From positions 512,001 to 576,000 of the forward strand of contig CAWDYC010000004.1 of NCBI GenBank assembly GCA_963806535.1: a stretch of DNA of 64,000 nt. The letters run 5' to 3'. Positions 54,802 through 64,000 of this stretch are shown one piece after another (within the stretch, counting starts at the first letter, position 1; each line of letters begins with the position of its first letter). The notes beneath the pieces were generated by a model, which was not told where the DNA came from, did no database searches, and was given only the letters and a program-made list of their open reading frames with translations. This stretch comes from Candidatus Bathyarchaeota archaeon (GTDB lineage: Archaea > Thermoproteota > Bathyarchaeia > Bathyarchaeales > Bathycorpusculaceae). Both the position numbers and the translations under genes were made by a program.

Positions 54802-56313
54802 CTATTTCTCTTTGCCACCTGGGAAGGGAAGTATACGTGATTCTTTGCTTCGTGAGTTTAGAGCAAAATATCCGAATCCAATTGCCATCCATATAGCCGT
54901 TATGACTAATGCCATTAGTGCTGCCGTTTGCGTGCTGCCTCCACCTATCACACCGAGCCAGACCACCGTAATTAGCATTACAACGTTAGCTGCAAAGCCT
55001 GCGATGGGAACGATGTATTTGGTGAGGATTGAGCGTTTTTCTCGAGCCAGAGCATAGAGTGCTACAATGCAAGTGACACCGTAAAGCAAGAATGTTCCAA
55101 AGTTGGATAGCAAAGTCATAGCAGTGAGGTTTGTCAGTGACAGGACACCGAATGCACCAATTCCAGCTGTAACTATAGTCATCACCCACACTCCGATGGC
55201 TGGAGTACCATATCTTGGGTTAAGTTTTCCGAGTGGTTCTGGGACCTCAGTGTCACGGCTGATAGCATATGTTACTCTTACACCTGTGTTCATGCAGGAT
55301 AGTGTTGTGCCCAATATTGCTGTTGCAACGATTGCTGCGACGACAATCATGACGATGAAGCCGCCTCCGCCAAACAATCCGTTAACCGACTGGATAATCA
55401 TGTCGCCTATGGGCGAGTTGGAAGCTGCTGCCGCTGCAAATGAGTAGTGTGAGTTCATCCATGCCTGTACTCCATAAAATCCTAGTAAATAGCAGAAGGC
55501 GCCTTGAATTACGAGTGAGAGCATAATTGCCTTTGGTACATCTTTGGGGTTTTTCGCTTCACCAGTAAACGCAGTTACAGATTCAAAGCCGACTAGAACA
55601 AGTATGGCGATGGTTGCCTGAAAAAGCATGTGACTTGCACTGCTTGGTATGAGAGGGCCGGCAGGGTTCGCGAAGGTATACGTCAAATGATCAGGGTTTA
55701 TGAAGCGATAGGCAAGTGCAATAGCTGTTACGCCGACTAGCATTCCGATTTGCGCTATGTTGATCATAAGGTTTGTTCGAGTGGAGCCATTGATTCCTCG
55801 GAAAGCTATGAAACCTACAAGAACAGCAAATGCAACTACGATTGCAACTTCAGTTAACGGAGATATTACGATGCCGACTGTCGACAGAATGTATGTTACG
55901 AAGAAGCCCATCATTCCCACCATAACTCCTGGGTAGACCCAGTAGTAGAGGTGTGAAAGCCAGCCAACCAGGAATTTTGCGTTTCGAGCTGTTTTGTTGC
56001 TGCTGCCTCTGTCAAGCAAAGCGCGTTGAGCAAAGTAGTATGAGCTGCCTGCGCCAGCATCAGGATAACGCCGAGATAACCATGAATAGGCAGCGGCTGT
56101 TAAGAAAGACAATACTAGTGCTAAGGCTAGACCTGTCCATATGTCTGGAGCTGTTGAAACTCCTGAGGGGTCTACCTGGGCAGCTTGTAATTGGAAAGTG
56201 AGCCAGAGAAATGCGCCTGGAGCGATTAATGCCATGGCGTTGATGGTTAAGCCTGAGAGGCTTAGGGTTTTCTTCATCTCGGTTGCGGGAGCGTTTTGTT
56301 GGTTAGTGGCCAT
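54802..56313 (-). CDS. APC-family amino acid permease
   Basis: ~12 TMs; AGSSYY, GFES, GEAKNP, RVTYAISRD...P..GTP motifs. Confidence 0.9.
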   Translation of the reverse strand: MATNQQNAPATEMKKTLSLSGLTINAMALIAPGAFLWLTFQLQAAQVDPSGVSTAPDIWTGLALALVLSFLTAAAYSWLSRRYPDAGAGSSYYFAQRALLDRGSSNKTARNAKFLVGWLSHLYYWVYPGVMVGMMGFFVTYILSTVGIVISPLTEVAIVVAFAVLVGFIAFRGINGSTRTNLMINIAQIGMLVGVTAIALAYRFINPDHLTYTFANPAGPLIPSSASHMLFQATIAILVLVGFESVTAFTGEAKNPKDVPKAIMLSLVIQGAFCYLLGFYGVQAWMNSHYSFAAAAASNSPIGDMIIQSVNGLFGGGGFIVMIVVAAIVATAILGTTLSCMNTGVRVTYAISRDTEVPEPLGKLNPRYGTPAIGVWVMTIVTAGIGAFGVLSLTNLTAMTLLSNFGTFLLYGVTCIVALYALAREKRSILTKYIVPIAGFAANVVMLITVVWLGVIGGGSTQTAALMALVITAIWMAIGFGYFALNSRSKESRILPFPGGKEK

Positions 56314-56421
56314 TTAATCTGCCCCCGCGATTCTTTTGTAAAAGATGCTGTGTGGTTGTCCTTGAGCGTCCATGATAATCAGTTCTTCAATGTTTCTTCT
56401 AAGTTTTGAAGTTTTTTTCAA
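56314..56421 (-). CDS. 35-aa small ORF abutting the permease start
   Basis: GGTG RBS-like, TTG start, MKKTSKLRRNIEELIIMDAQGQPHSIFYKRIAGAD*; the TAA is immediately followed by the permease ATG. Confidence 0.45.
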   Translation of the reverse strand: MKKTSKLRRNIEELIIMDAQGQPHSIFYKRIAGAD

Positions 56422-56486
56422 TAGTAACACCAATTTAATGTTCTGGATTAATATGTTCAGTTAAATATAAATATAGTTAATATTTG

Positions 56487-56503
56487 TTCATAACTTTTAT
56501 GAA
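56487..56503. promoter_or_regulatory. palindromic regulator site upstream of the permease unit
   Basis: TTCATAA-CTT-TTATGAA at the same spacing from a TTTATATT box as the glnA site. Confidence 0.65.
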
Positions 56504-56586
56504 ATACTGGACTGATTTTTGGATAACGCGTGTCAAAATGGACAAACATAAAAAAAATGGTTTACCTAAATACGAACAAAACAGAG

Positions 56587-57501
56587 CTAAAACGTACCTA
56601 TGATTAAGCCTATACTGAAACTTAGCAAAGGAGCAATAATCCAACTTGAAGCTGTCACCAGAAAAGGCTTGAGCGAAACAAACTTGGATTTGTAAGAGAT
56701 GCTTGCCCCGAAAACCGCCGATGAAAGAGCTTGGGTATTAGACAATGGAATATTGAGAATTGTAGCTGCTTCAACAAGAATCGTTGAAGTCAAGAGCGTA
56801 CTCATCGCATTCGGGTAACGCATAAGAAAAAACTCTTGAGAAACCCTTCGAATTTCTCCTCCACTTAAAAAGAATGTACCAATGAATATGGCAACGATTG
56901 CCGCTACGATTGTTGCAAAATCAAATCCGCTAGTAGCAGCTATCAACCCAATGGTATTCGCGCCCAGAACATAAGAAGTAAAAAACGCTAAAATAATAAG
57001 CAAAATTTTGTAAGTTTGTAATCTTCGCCAAATATTTTTTGGCCGAGACCTGTTAATCACCCTGATGAGATAGAATGAAAAAACAATTGCAATTAGAGGC
57101 GCTGCAATCCACATGGCAACTACTTCAGTAACATATACTCCATCTTTAAGCGCACCATTTGCAAGGGATAAACCTGCAAACAAACCGACAAGGGACATGC
57201 TAAGAGAAACTGGGGCTCTAATTAAATCGGCAATAACAAAAATTATGATCGCCACCAACAAAGCTTCTGCCCTAAATTGCAAAGCTATGTTTGGCATTAA
57301 CATATTTACAGTTCTTATCATTCCAGTGCCTTGGGCAATAAGTCCAACTGAAAAGCCTGCAGCGCCTAGTAAAATGCCGAACCGTTTACTTATGATTCTA
57401 GATCCTATGGCAGGACCAACACATGCGGATAGGTTGTTGCCTGAAACTAACATCACTGCGATGAAAGTCAAAATGAAGACGATGATTGAAAGCCAAAGCA
57501 T
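56587..57501 (-). CDS. PiT-family inorganic phosphate transporter
   Basis: SGNN...G, P.SLS, LGANTIG, PLSNTQ, WIIAP motifs; paired with DUF47. Confidence 0.82.
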   Translation of the reverse strand: MLWLSIIVFILTFIAVMLVSGNNLSACVGPAIGSRIISKRFGILLGAAGFSVGLIAQGTGMIRTVNMLMPNIALQFRAEALLVAIIIFVIADLIRAPVSLSMSLVGLFAGLSLANGALKDGVYVTEVVAMWIAAPLIAIVFSFYLIRVINRSRPKNIWRRLQTYKILLIILAFFTSYVLGANTIGLIAATSGFDFATIVAAIVAIFIGTFFLSGGEIRRVSQEFFLMRYPNAMSTLLTSTILVEAATILNIPLSNTQALSSAVFGASISYKSKFVSLKPFLVTASSWIIAPLLSFSIGLIIGTF

Positions 57502-57507
57502 CTATTG

Positions 57508-58200
57508 TCACTTAAGAATCGAAGTAACGACTGAAACCATTAGATCAGAGAAGTCTTCGCAAGAATCAAGGATGTCATCGCATTTGTGCAAAAGCTCTTG
57601 ATAATGATAAAATTCCAAAAAATGTAGCTTCGGCGCTATTCTATACAACCTGTCAAATCCTTGATCCTTTATATCATCACCCTGCTCTTCAATGTCTTCA
57701 ACTTCTTTTCTCATACGCAAAATTTCAGACAAATCTGATGAGGACAGCGCCTGTTTTAGCGTTAGTATGGATTTTTCAGCCAAAACAAGCATGTTTTCAT
57801 AGACAGAATCCCGGTTAGGCAGGTTTTCTTGAAAGCCGGTTGAGTAAGCTCTTGCCATGCGATCAAGTTCTCTGCTAATGTAATAGTAGGTGTCAATTAT
57901 GTTGTCGGCTGTTTGAACGCAGTTGAGCAAGTTATCTATTGTGTTAGGGCTGATGGCACCGCTTGTGATGTCTTCGCTTGTTTTGAAGGCTATTTCATCT
58001 GATTTTTTTTCCAGCACTTGCATGGCGTGCATGGCTTCAGTTAGTTCTTTTTCTTTGTAACCCATCTTAAACATTTTCATTAAAATAGTGTTAGCTTCTG
58101 TCGCCATGGAGAAAATTTGCGTCAACTGGCTGAAAATGTTTTTTTCGCCCACAACCAAAATTCCTTTGAGGCTCTTCAATCGAAACACCTTCCTTAGCAC
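57508..58200 (-). CDS. DUF47 phosphate transport regulator
   Basis: LEKKSDEI...ADNIID, IEEQGDDIK, DDILDSCED. Confidence 0.82.
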   Translation of the reverse strand: MLRKVFRLKSLKGILVVGEKNIFSQLTQIFSMATEANTILMKMFKMGYKEKELTEAMHAMQVLEKKSDEIAFKTSEDITSGAISPNTIDNLLNCVQTADNIIDTYYYISRELDRMARAYSTGFQENLPNRDSVYENMLVLAEKSILTLKQALSSSDLSEILRMRKEVEDIEEQGDDIKDQGFDRLYRIAPKLHFLEFYHYQELLHKCDDILDSCEDFSDLMVSVVTSILK

Positions 58201-58334
58201 AAATAGTCATTAGAGAATACTTTAGCAATATTAAACATTTAATATTTTTTTTAACTTGGATCTTAAAATTAGTCCGTTTACTTTGAAGCATATTTTTCTT
58301 ATGAAAAATTGAAATTAATTCTGGATTTTCAAAA

Positions 58335-58808
58335 CTAAAGAATTTTGCTGTATTCTTTTACAGCGTTAAAAGCAACCAACGTAGTGGTTCTCTTAATGAA
58401 ACGTTCAGATAGCAGCTTTTTAAGAAAACCGTTGAGGCTCGCATTGTCTCGGAACTTGGCAAATACGACCGCATCATATTCTCCAGTTATGTCGTAAACC
58501 GAGAGAACGTTGCTTTCTTTGGCGATTTCGTTTTCGATCTCAAGCATGTGTCCTCCCTCAACTTGAATCATGATAATGGCAGTCAAGGCGTATCCCATTT
58601 TTGTAGCGTCAACAATTGGGACGTAACCGCGTATGATGCCTTCTTTCTCTAAACTTTTTATGCGATTATGTAAAATATTCGGCGTTAACGTGAGTTTGTG
58701 TGCTAGTTTACGCAAGCTTACGCGTGAATCTTCTTCTAATGCTCGAATAATCTGCAAATCTACGGCATCTAGTTTTTTCTGTGGGCTTTCAGGTTTGAAG
58801 CCCAACAA
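58335..58808 (-). CDS. Lrp/AsnC family transcriptional regulator (HTH + RAM)
   Basis: LDAVDLQIIRALEEDSRVSLRKLA, LEKEGIIRGY, YDITGEYD. Confidence 0.92.
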   Translation of the reverse strand: MLGFKPESPQKKLDAVDLQIIRALEEDSRVSLRKLAHKLTLTPNILHNRIKSLEKEGIIRGYVPIVDATKMGYALTAIIMIQVEGGHMLEIENEIAKESNVLSVYDITGEYDAVVFAKFRDNASLNGFLKKLLSERFIKRTTTLVAFNAVKEYSKIL

Positions 58809-58995
58809 ATCTCACATCCTATCGTATTTAACGTTTGTTTAGGTGAAAAAGCCATATATAAACATACTGCAATAAAACAGCTAATGGTATAAACAATGGT
58901 CAAAATATTTACTGTATATATAGACAAACGAGGAATCAATCTAATTTCTAAAAACTTAAAATAAAAGTTGCGCAAACCCATTAAGCTGAGAACAA

Positions 58996-59943
58996 ATGAT
59001 CAACCAAGAAAAAGCCGAACATGTCCGTAAATGTTTGCAGCTGGCGATATTGCTTGAGGTAAGCGTGGACAAACCCGGAAATGTATCTCTAACATCAAGT
59101 TTTGAGGGAACAAATGTTCAGCATTTCTTGGCTTCAGCTATAGCTGCAGGACCCGCTTTTCAGGAAGCTGCCTTTCGCGGTGCTTCAGTAGCGGAAAACA
59201 AGCTTAGTCTTACCAATATCGGTTTGGGGAAATTAATCAAGACCTGTGCCAGTGATGTTAAGGCTTGGCAAAGGGGCGGAAACACGATTCTTGGAACAAT
59301 CATGCTGTTTACTCCCATCGCGGTTGCAGCTGGAATGACTCCAACCGACAGAAATTACAGCTTCGATTTCTCAGTGCTACGCAAAAATATCGATTTAGTC
59401 GTTAAATCAACGACGGCATGGGATTCGGTGCACCTCTATGAAGCCGTAGACATTGCTAGTCCCAGCGGTCTCAATGAAGCACCTGACCTTGATGTAACCG
59501 ACCCACGATCCAAAGAGCGCTTGATACATGAAAACGTCACTTTATTTGACGTTTTCAAAATTGCATCAGCATATGACGATATTTGCGCTGAATGGATAAA
59601 CAATTACCCAGTAACCTTCGATTTAGCCTACCCATATTTGACTGAGCAACTGAAAAACAAACCTTTGAACACTGCTGTTGTACATACTTTTCTCAAAATC
59701 CTTTCAGAACGCCCCGATACGTTTATTGCGAGAAAGGTTAGCAAGGAAAAAGCAGGGATAGTGTCATTTGACGCTAAGGCTGTTTTGGAGCTTGGGGGGT
59801 TAGAAACTGAAGAAGGCAGAAAAAGTCTTCAAAATTTTGATAAGAAACTGCGGATATCTCAAAACAGACTGAATCCTGGAACGACCGCAGATTTGACAGC
59901 GGCCGCGTTGGCGCTTTGTACCTTGAGTGGTTATAGACCTTGA
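58996..59943 (+). CDS. citG: CitG-family triphosphoribosyl-dephospho-CoA synthase-like protein
   Basis: LEVS..KPGNV, NTILG, PDTFIARK, NPGTTADL. Confidence 0.88.
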   Translation: MINQEKAEHVRKCLQLAILLEVSVDKPGNVSLTSSFEGTNVQHFLASAIAAGPAFQEAAFRGASVAENKLSLTNIGLGKLIKTCASDVKAWQRGGNTILGTIMLFTPIAVAAGMTPTDRNYSFDFSVLRKNIDLVVKSTTAWDSVHLYEAVDIASPSGLNEAPDLDVTDPRSKERLIHENVTLFDVFKIASAYDDICAEWINNYPVTFDLAYPYLTEQLKNKPLNTAVVHTFLKILSERPDTFIARKVSKEKAGIVSFDAKAVLELGGLETEEGRKSLQNFDKKLRISQNRLNPGTTADLTAAALALCTLSGYRP

Positions 59944-60283
59944 ACATCAAGTTTACCCTAACATTGTCTTAGCTTTTTCTTTCTTACAATCTTCCTCCCG
60001 AATTCGATAGATGATCCAATTGGGTGTCTATTCTGTATATACAATTGTACTGACAAAACGTATATATTTTGACCTATAGGTAGGTAGCGCGAAAAAAATT
60101 AAAAAATTGACAAACACGCTCTGATGTTTTTCTTGGATCCAAATAGGCGGCTAAGCCGTCAGATTTGTGCTTAGCTCGGTATAGTTTGCCGCCAAACCTC
60201 GTTTGTAAATAGAGAAAAAGCAAGCAAAGTTAATGCTCCGTTAAGTTAATATTAAAAAGTCGTTAACAATAGGCATACTTGAA

Positions 60284-61252
60284 GTGAAAATCATGGCGGT
60301 TTTAAGCATAAATCAAATGGCTTGGAAAATAACCCAGAAAATTATTGATAACCCAGAATTTTACGGCGTAACCCTTACAAAATCAACGGCTGGAGCCACA
60401 ATTATTGATGCCGGCGTTAACGCTCCAGGCGGCTTTCAAGTAGGCAAAAAACTAACCGAAATTTGTATGGGCGGTGCCGGAAAAGCGCAACTCGGATTCA
60501 AAACCTACGGCGACTTAACTTTCCCCTCAATAACCATAAGTTCAGACCACCCTGCCGTTGCAATGTTGGGTTCGCAGTTTGCCGGTTGGCGCATCAAAGA
60601 CGGTGAACAAATCGCAATCGGGTCAGGACCTGTTCGCGCCCTCGCATTGAAACCCAAGGACGTTTTCGAGGAGATCGGCTATAAAGATCAAAGCGACAAA
60701 GCCGTACTTACATTGGAAAGCAACAGTTTACCTTCCGATGCCCTTATTGAAAAAGTGGCGACTGCAAGCAACATTTCAGCAGCAAACCTGATAGTTGTTG
60801 TAGCTCCAACAGCAAGCATAGCAGGTTTAACCCAAGTTGCAGGCAGAGTAGTGGAAGTAGGTATTCACAAACTCAGAACTCTAGGCTTAAGCCCCAAAGT
60901 GATTCGCTATGCATTGGGATATGCTCCGATTCCCCCGCTTGGCACGGACTTTGAAGTCGCAATGGCACGTACAAACGACGCAATCCTTTATGGCGGCACA
61001 GTCTACTGCACCGTCGACTATGAGGACGAGGCTGGGTTGCAGAAAATTATAGACCAAGCGCCGTCAATGGCATCAAAAGATTATGGTAAACCGTTTTTGC
61101 AGATTTTCCGTGAAGCAGACAGGGACTTCTACAAGATAGATCACGGTTTATTCGCTCCAGCAGTACTAATAATCAACAACACCAAAACAGGCAAAACCTT
61201 CAAAGCAGGCCAAATAAATCCTAAGGTGTTGAGTCAATCCTTAGGCTTTTAA
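60284..61252 (+). CDS. mch: methenyltetrahydromethanopterin cyclohydrolase
   Basis: IDAGV, ICMGG, GSQFAGW, GSGP.RAL, APTAS.AG..QV.GRVVE, RTNDAILYGG, DFYKID..LFAPA. Confidence 0.95.
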   Translation: MKIMAVLSINQMAWKITQKIIDNPEFYGVTLTKSTAGATIIDAGVNAPGGFQVGKKLTEICMGGAGKAQLGFKTYGDLTFPSITISSDHPAVAMLGSQFAGWRIKDGEQIAIGSGPVRALALKPKDVFEEIGYKDQSDKAVLTLESNSLPSDALIEKVATASNISAANLIVVVAPTASIAGLTQVAGRVVEVGIHKLRTLGLSPKVIRYALGYAPIPPLGTDFEVAMARTNDAILYGGTVYCTVDYEDEAGLQKIIDQAPSMASKDYGKPFLQIFREADRDFYKIDHGLFAPAVLIINNTKTGKTFKAGQINPKVLSQSLGF

Positions 61253-61259
61253 ACAACTT

Positions 61260-61892
61260 CTATTTTTTTGTTTGCAGACTTGTAGTGCATTTTGCTTGTT
61301 GTGGCATGGTTAAGTGGAGTACTTTTTGAACTCTTTGGGCAATAATAAAGCCTATTGATATTGTGTACAAAGCTAGTGTGGCATTGAATATTGCTGCGAA
61401 GGGTAAGTATCCTATTGTTGCCTGTAGCGGAAATGAATAACCGATTGGTGATGGCTGCGGAAGAGCAAAGAAGAGAATGGTTGACATGACTGCCACTCTG
61501 GTTAAAATTCCCATCGCTATTGCCAGAGTGACCCATTTCGGTTGGAAGAGAACTTTTGTATTTGGGTCTTTTGGACATGAGATTTTCTTAGCTAACATTA
61601 CTGCAGCGTAAATGCCAATTTGCATTGATAATGTTGCTGCAAGATTGTAGGCTGGTCCGGTTGGTAGAACGCCTGGAAAGATTGCAAATAGCACGGTAGT
61701 ATTTATGAGTGATACTGCTAATCCCGCTATGGGGCTGATTATGAGGAACGCTATAACTATCGGTATTTCCCATATTTGAAAGATGAGTCCGTTAGCAAGT
61801 GGAAAGTTAAAGCCGATGTAGGTGAAGGTTGGGTTTAATGCTATTGATAAGGCGGCGAAAACTATGGTGAGTGATAGTGTTTTAGTGTTCAT
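61260..61892 (-). CDS. ECF-type transporter S-component-like membrane protein
   Basis: ~5-6 TMs; AAL...FQIWEIP motif; FNA near the C-terminus. Confidence 0.65.
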   Translation of the reverse strand: MNTKTLSLTIVFAALSIALNPTFTYIGFNFPLANGLIFQIWEIPIVIAFLIISPIAGLAVSLINTTVLFAIFPGVLPTGPAYNLAATLSMQIGIYAAVMLAKKISCPKDPNTKVLFQPKWVTLAIAMGILTRVAVMSTILFFALPQPSPIGYSFPLQATIGYLPFAAIFNATLALYTISIGFIIAQRVQKVLHLTMPQQAKCTTSLQTKK

Positions 61893-62026
61893 TGTCTGTG
61901 CTTCCGCTTCTGAATGTCGGCGTTAGCTATTTAAGAGTAACTACCCAAAAAAGAGTACTTAAAAATGGATTAAATTTAGGCTAAAATTGATAAATAAGCC
62001 AATGCAAAATATAGGTACAGTGAACC

Positions 62027-63280
62027 GTGTTGACTGAAACCATTCAGTTCTCTTCCGTTAGCGAGGTTAAACGTTGGCTGGAAGACCAAACAAACTCCAT
62101 CCTCTCGCCTGTGCATGCCCAAGCCAAAAAATTAAGGGACGAAATGAACAATGCGATCCAAAGCGTCGCTGATGTCAGCAAGATGCTTTTGGATAATAGC
62201 ACAAGAGAAATTGACAGACGAAACATGAAGGTTTACAATAGAGCCCGAGCCCTAAACAAGCTTGCTCATTTATTTGTTGACAGGCTCAAAAAACTGAATG
62301 CCCCCGAAGAAATCTCTTATGACAGTCTAAGCAGGTATGCTCAGGAAATCCAAAAAATCTTTTTGGTAAACGACATAGACATCAAAAACTGGTTCCCAAG
62401 AATTTCTCCATTCTTTATCATGGATAGAAGAAAATTTCTCGCCATATACGAAAGATCCAAAATAGCCCATCAAGCCCTCAACGATTTCCTAACGAAAGAA
62501 TACATTAAAACCAAAACCTTGGAAGAAGCTTTCCAACTTCTAAACGAACTTCAAAATGTCCAAAAACAACTATTAACAGTTGGGGAAGAAAAAGAACAAA
62601 TAAAAAACGAGCGTATACCAGTCGAAAAAGAAATAGCTGAATTGGAGCAGAAAATTGACGAGCTAAAGACTAAAGGACCCATTGATAAGCTGAATATGGT
62701 AAATGCTGAAATCGATGCGTTGAGTAATGAATTGAAATATTCACTGCGGCTTCTGCAGAAACCCTTCATAAAAATGCAGGCATTAGCCATTTCAGGCGGT
62801 GGAGTTGGAATCACTCCAGATGAACTAAACAAAGTTAATCAGTATTTGGAAAAGCCTTTTGATGCATTGGTAGCTGAAAAGGTTGGTTATCCCGACTTTA
62901 AGGAAATGTTGCAGAAACTTGAGCAGTTTATAAAAGAAGATAAATTAAAACTTAAAGACGATAAAGCACGTAAAGCTGAGCAGTCAATAATTGAAATAAT
63001 CAGAGATGATTCGTTGGCCAAGCTTCAAGTCAGATGCTTGGAAATGGCAAACACGAAACAGCAACTGGTATCTTCTGTTCAACTTGATGAAATAAGACAT
63101 AATATCCAAGTATTTCAAGAACAAGTTGATGTGCTTAAAGCGAGAAAAACAAGTATCGAAACTCATGAAACAGTTAAAGAAAACGCTTACAACGAGGCTG
63201 ACGACAAAATCAAAAACATGAAGCGGACAATTGAAAAAAACATCCTAAGTTCAATCAACTTCAAAGTTCAAATTCCATAG
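62027..63280 (+). CDS. long coiled-coil hypothetical protein
   Basis: 417 aa, heptad-rich, no ATPase motifs seen. Confidence 0.75.
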   Translation: MLTETIQFSSVSEVKRWLEDQTNSILSPVHAQAKKLRDEMNNAIQSVADVSKMLLDNSTREIDRRNMKVYNRARALNKLAHLFVDRLKKLNAPEEISYDSLSRYAQEIQKIFLVNDIDIKNWFPRISPFFIMDRRKFLAIYERSKIAHQALNDFLTKEYIKTKTLEEAFQLLNELQNVQKQLLTVGEEKEQIKNERIPVEKEIAELEQKIDELKTKGPIDKLNMVNAEIDALSNELKYSLRLLQKPFIKMQALAISGGGVGITPDELNKVNQYLEKPFDALVAEKVGYPDFKEMLQKLEQFIKEDKLKLKDDKARKAEQSIIEIIRDDSLAKLQVRCLEMANTKQQLVSSVQLDEIRHNIQVFQEQVDVLKARKTSIETHETVKENAYNEADDKIKNMKRTIEKNILSSINFKVQIP

Positions 63281-63298
63281 TTGCTGTGTGTCTGCATC

Positions 63299-64000
63299 TT
63301 GGACTTGCCTTTACTTGTCAAAGAAGCGCTAAGTATTCGGAGCAGAGAATTTATCGGAACAGTTGAAGAAACACAATCCCTGTTAGAGAAAGAAAAAGGG
63401 CAAATCGGTAACCTGACAATTTTGAATCGTTTAGTTACGCTTGAAGCATCAGGCGAAGCATTGGTAATCGGTGATTTGCATGGCGACTTAGAAAGTCTCA
63501 ACGTGATTCTTAAAAAGAGTCAGTTTATCGAAAGAATGCATAAAACTCAAAACGCAACATTAATTTTTTTAGGAGACTACGGCGACAGAGGCATAAAATC
63601 ACCAGAAATCTACTATTTGACTCTCAAGCTTAAGCTTGCTTTTCCCCAACAAGTTGTTCTTCTACGTGGAAACCATGAAGCGCCAAAAAATTTACTTGGC
63701 TTACCGCATGATCTTCCAATTTACTTTCAAAACAGGTTCGACGAAGCTTGGAAACAAGCTTACGAGAAAATTCGTGCCCTACATGTTTGCCTCTATAATG
63801 CTGTTTATGTTGACGGTCGATATTTGATGCTTCACGGAGGCGTATCTCCAAACATTTGTAGTCTTCGAGACATCTCGCAGGCAGAAGAAAACCATAACGA
63901 AGGTTTGCTTGAAGATATCCTTTGGAACGACCCTGATGAAAAAGTGCCAGATGTTTCTTTTTCACCTAGAGGCGCAGGAAAACTTTTTGGCAAAAAAGTG
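63299..64000 (+). CDS. PPP-family Ser/Thr protein phosphatase (metallophosphoesterase), runs off the window
   Basis: manual translation (absent from ORF track): GDLHG, LGDYGDRG, LRGNHE, HGG, DILWNDP, SPRGAG..FG. Confidence 0.9.
   Translation, partial: MDLPLLVKEALSIRSREFIGTVEETQSLLEKEKGQIGNLTILNRLVTLEASGEALVIGDLHGDLESLNVILKKSQFIERMHKTQNATLIFLGDYGDRGIKSPEIYYLTLKLKLAFPQQVVLLRGNHEAPKNLLGLPHDLPIYFQNRFDEAWKQAYEKIRALHVCLYNAVYVDGRYLMLHGGVSPNICSLRDISQAEENHNEGLLEDILWNDPDEKVPDVSFSPRGAGKLFGKKV

Noticed and set aside
58288-58308. Half-match to the TTCATAA-N3-TTATGAA site upstream of DUF47/PiT
   Set aside because: Only the TTATGAA half matches, in very AT-rich DNA.
63278-63298. Amber read-through (pyrrolysine) fusing the coiled-coil ORF to the in-frame phosphatase
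   Set aside because: In-frame adjacency is expected by chance about one time in three, the phosphatase has its own plausible start, and no pyl genes are in the window.

Overview
A 64 kb archaeal chromosomal segment, most consistent with Bathyarchaeia/TACK (inferred from mch, a Snf7/ESCRT-III gene, DGGGP synthase, tRNA-intron endonuclease, a single-OB SSB and a PEF-CTERM protein). Many conserved genes (glyS, apgM, cobD, malic enzyme, kdpABC, ABC transporters) carry single-base frameshifts, which points to uncorrected long-read indels rather than real pseudogenes. Content: cobamide genes cobD/cbiB, tatA/tatC, a dockerin / membrane-HTH / cohesin locus, ssb, malic enzyme, glyS-DUF47-endA, lipid and glycan genes, a ~4.4 kb Cas4/RecB-like nuclease fused to an SF1 helicase, two ABC exporters, and a ~15 kb minus-strand block (Lrp, PiT, amino-acid permease, glnA, two asparagine synthetases, kdpABC flanked by four HTH-less Lrp effector-domain genes), followed by citG-like, mch and a PPP phosphatase. 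The most unusual signal is non-coding: a dispersed ~140-175 bp element found in four clear copies and one possible fifth. Each copy has a variable-number, variable-sequence 10-bp phased array running in register into a conserved GACTCAACCTGCAAA core and an ~85-bp conserved A/C-rich arm. Also notable is a shared palindrome (TTCATAA-N3-TTATGAA) upstream of the nitrogen genes, with a degenerate copy before kdp. No rRNA, tRNA, CRISPR array or transposase was recognised. Everything here was read by eye; no database searches were run.
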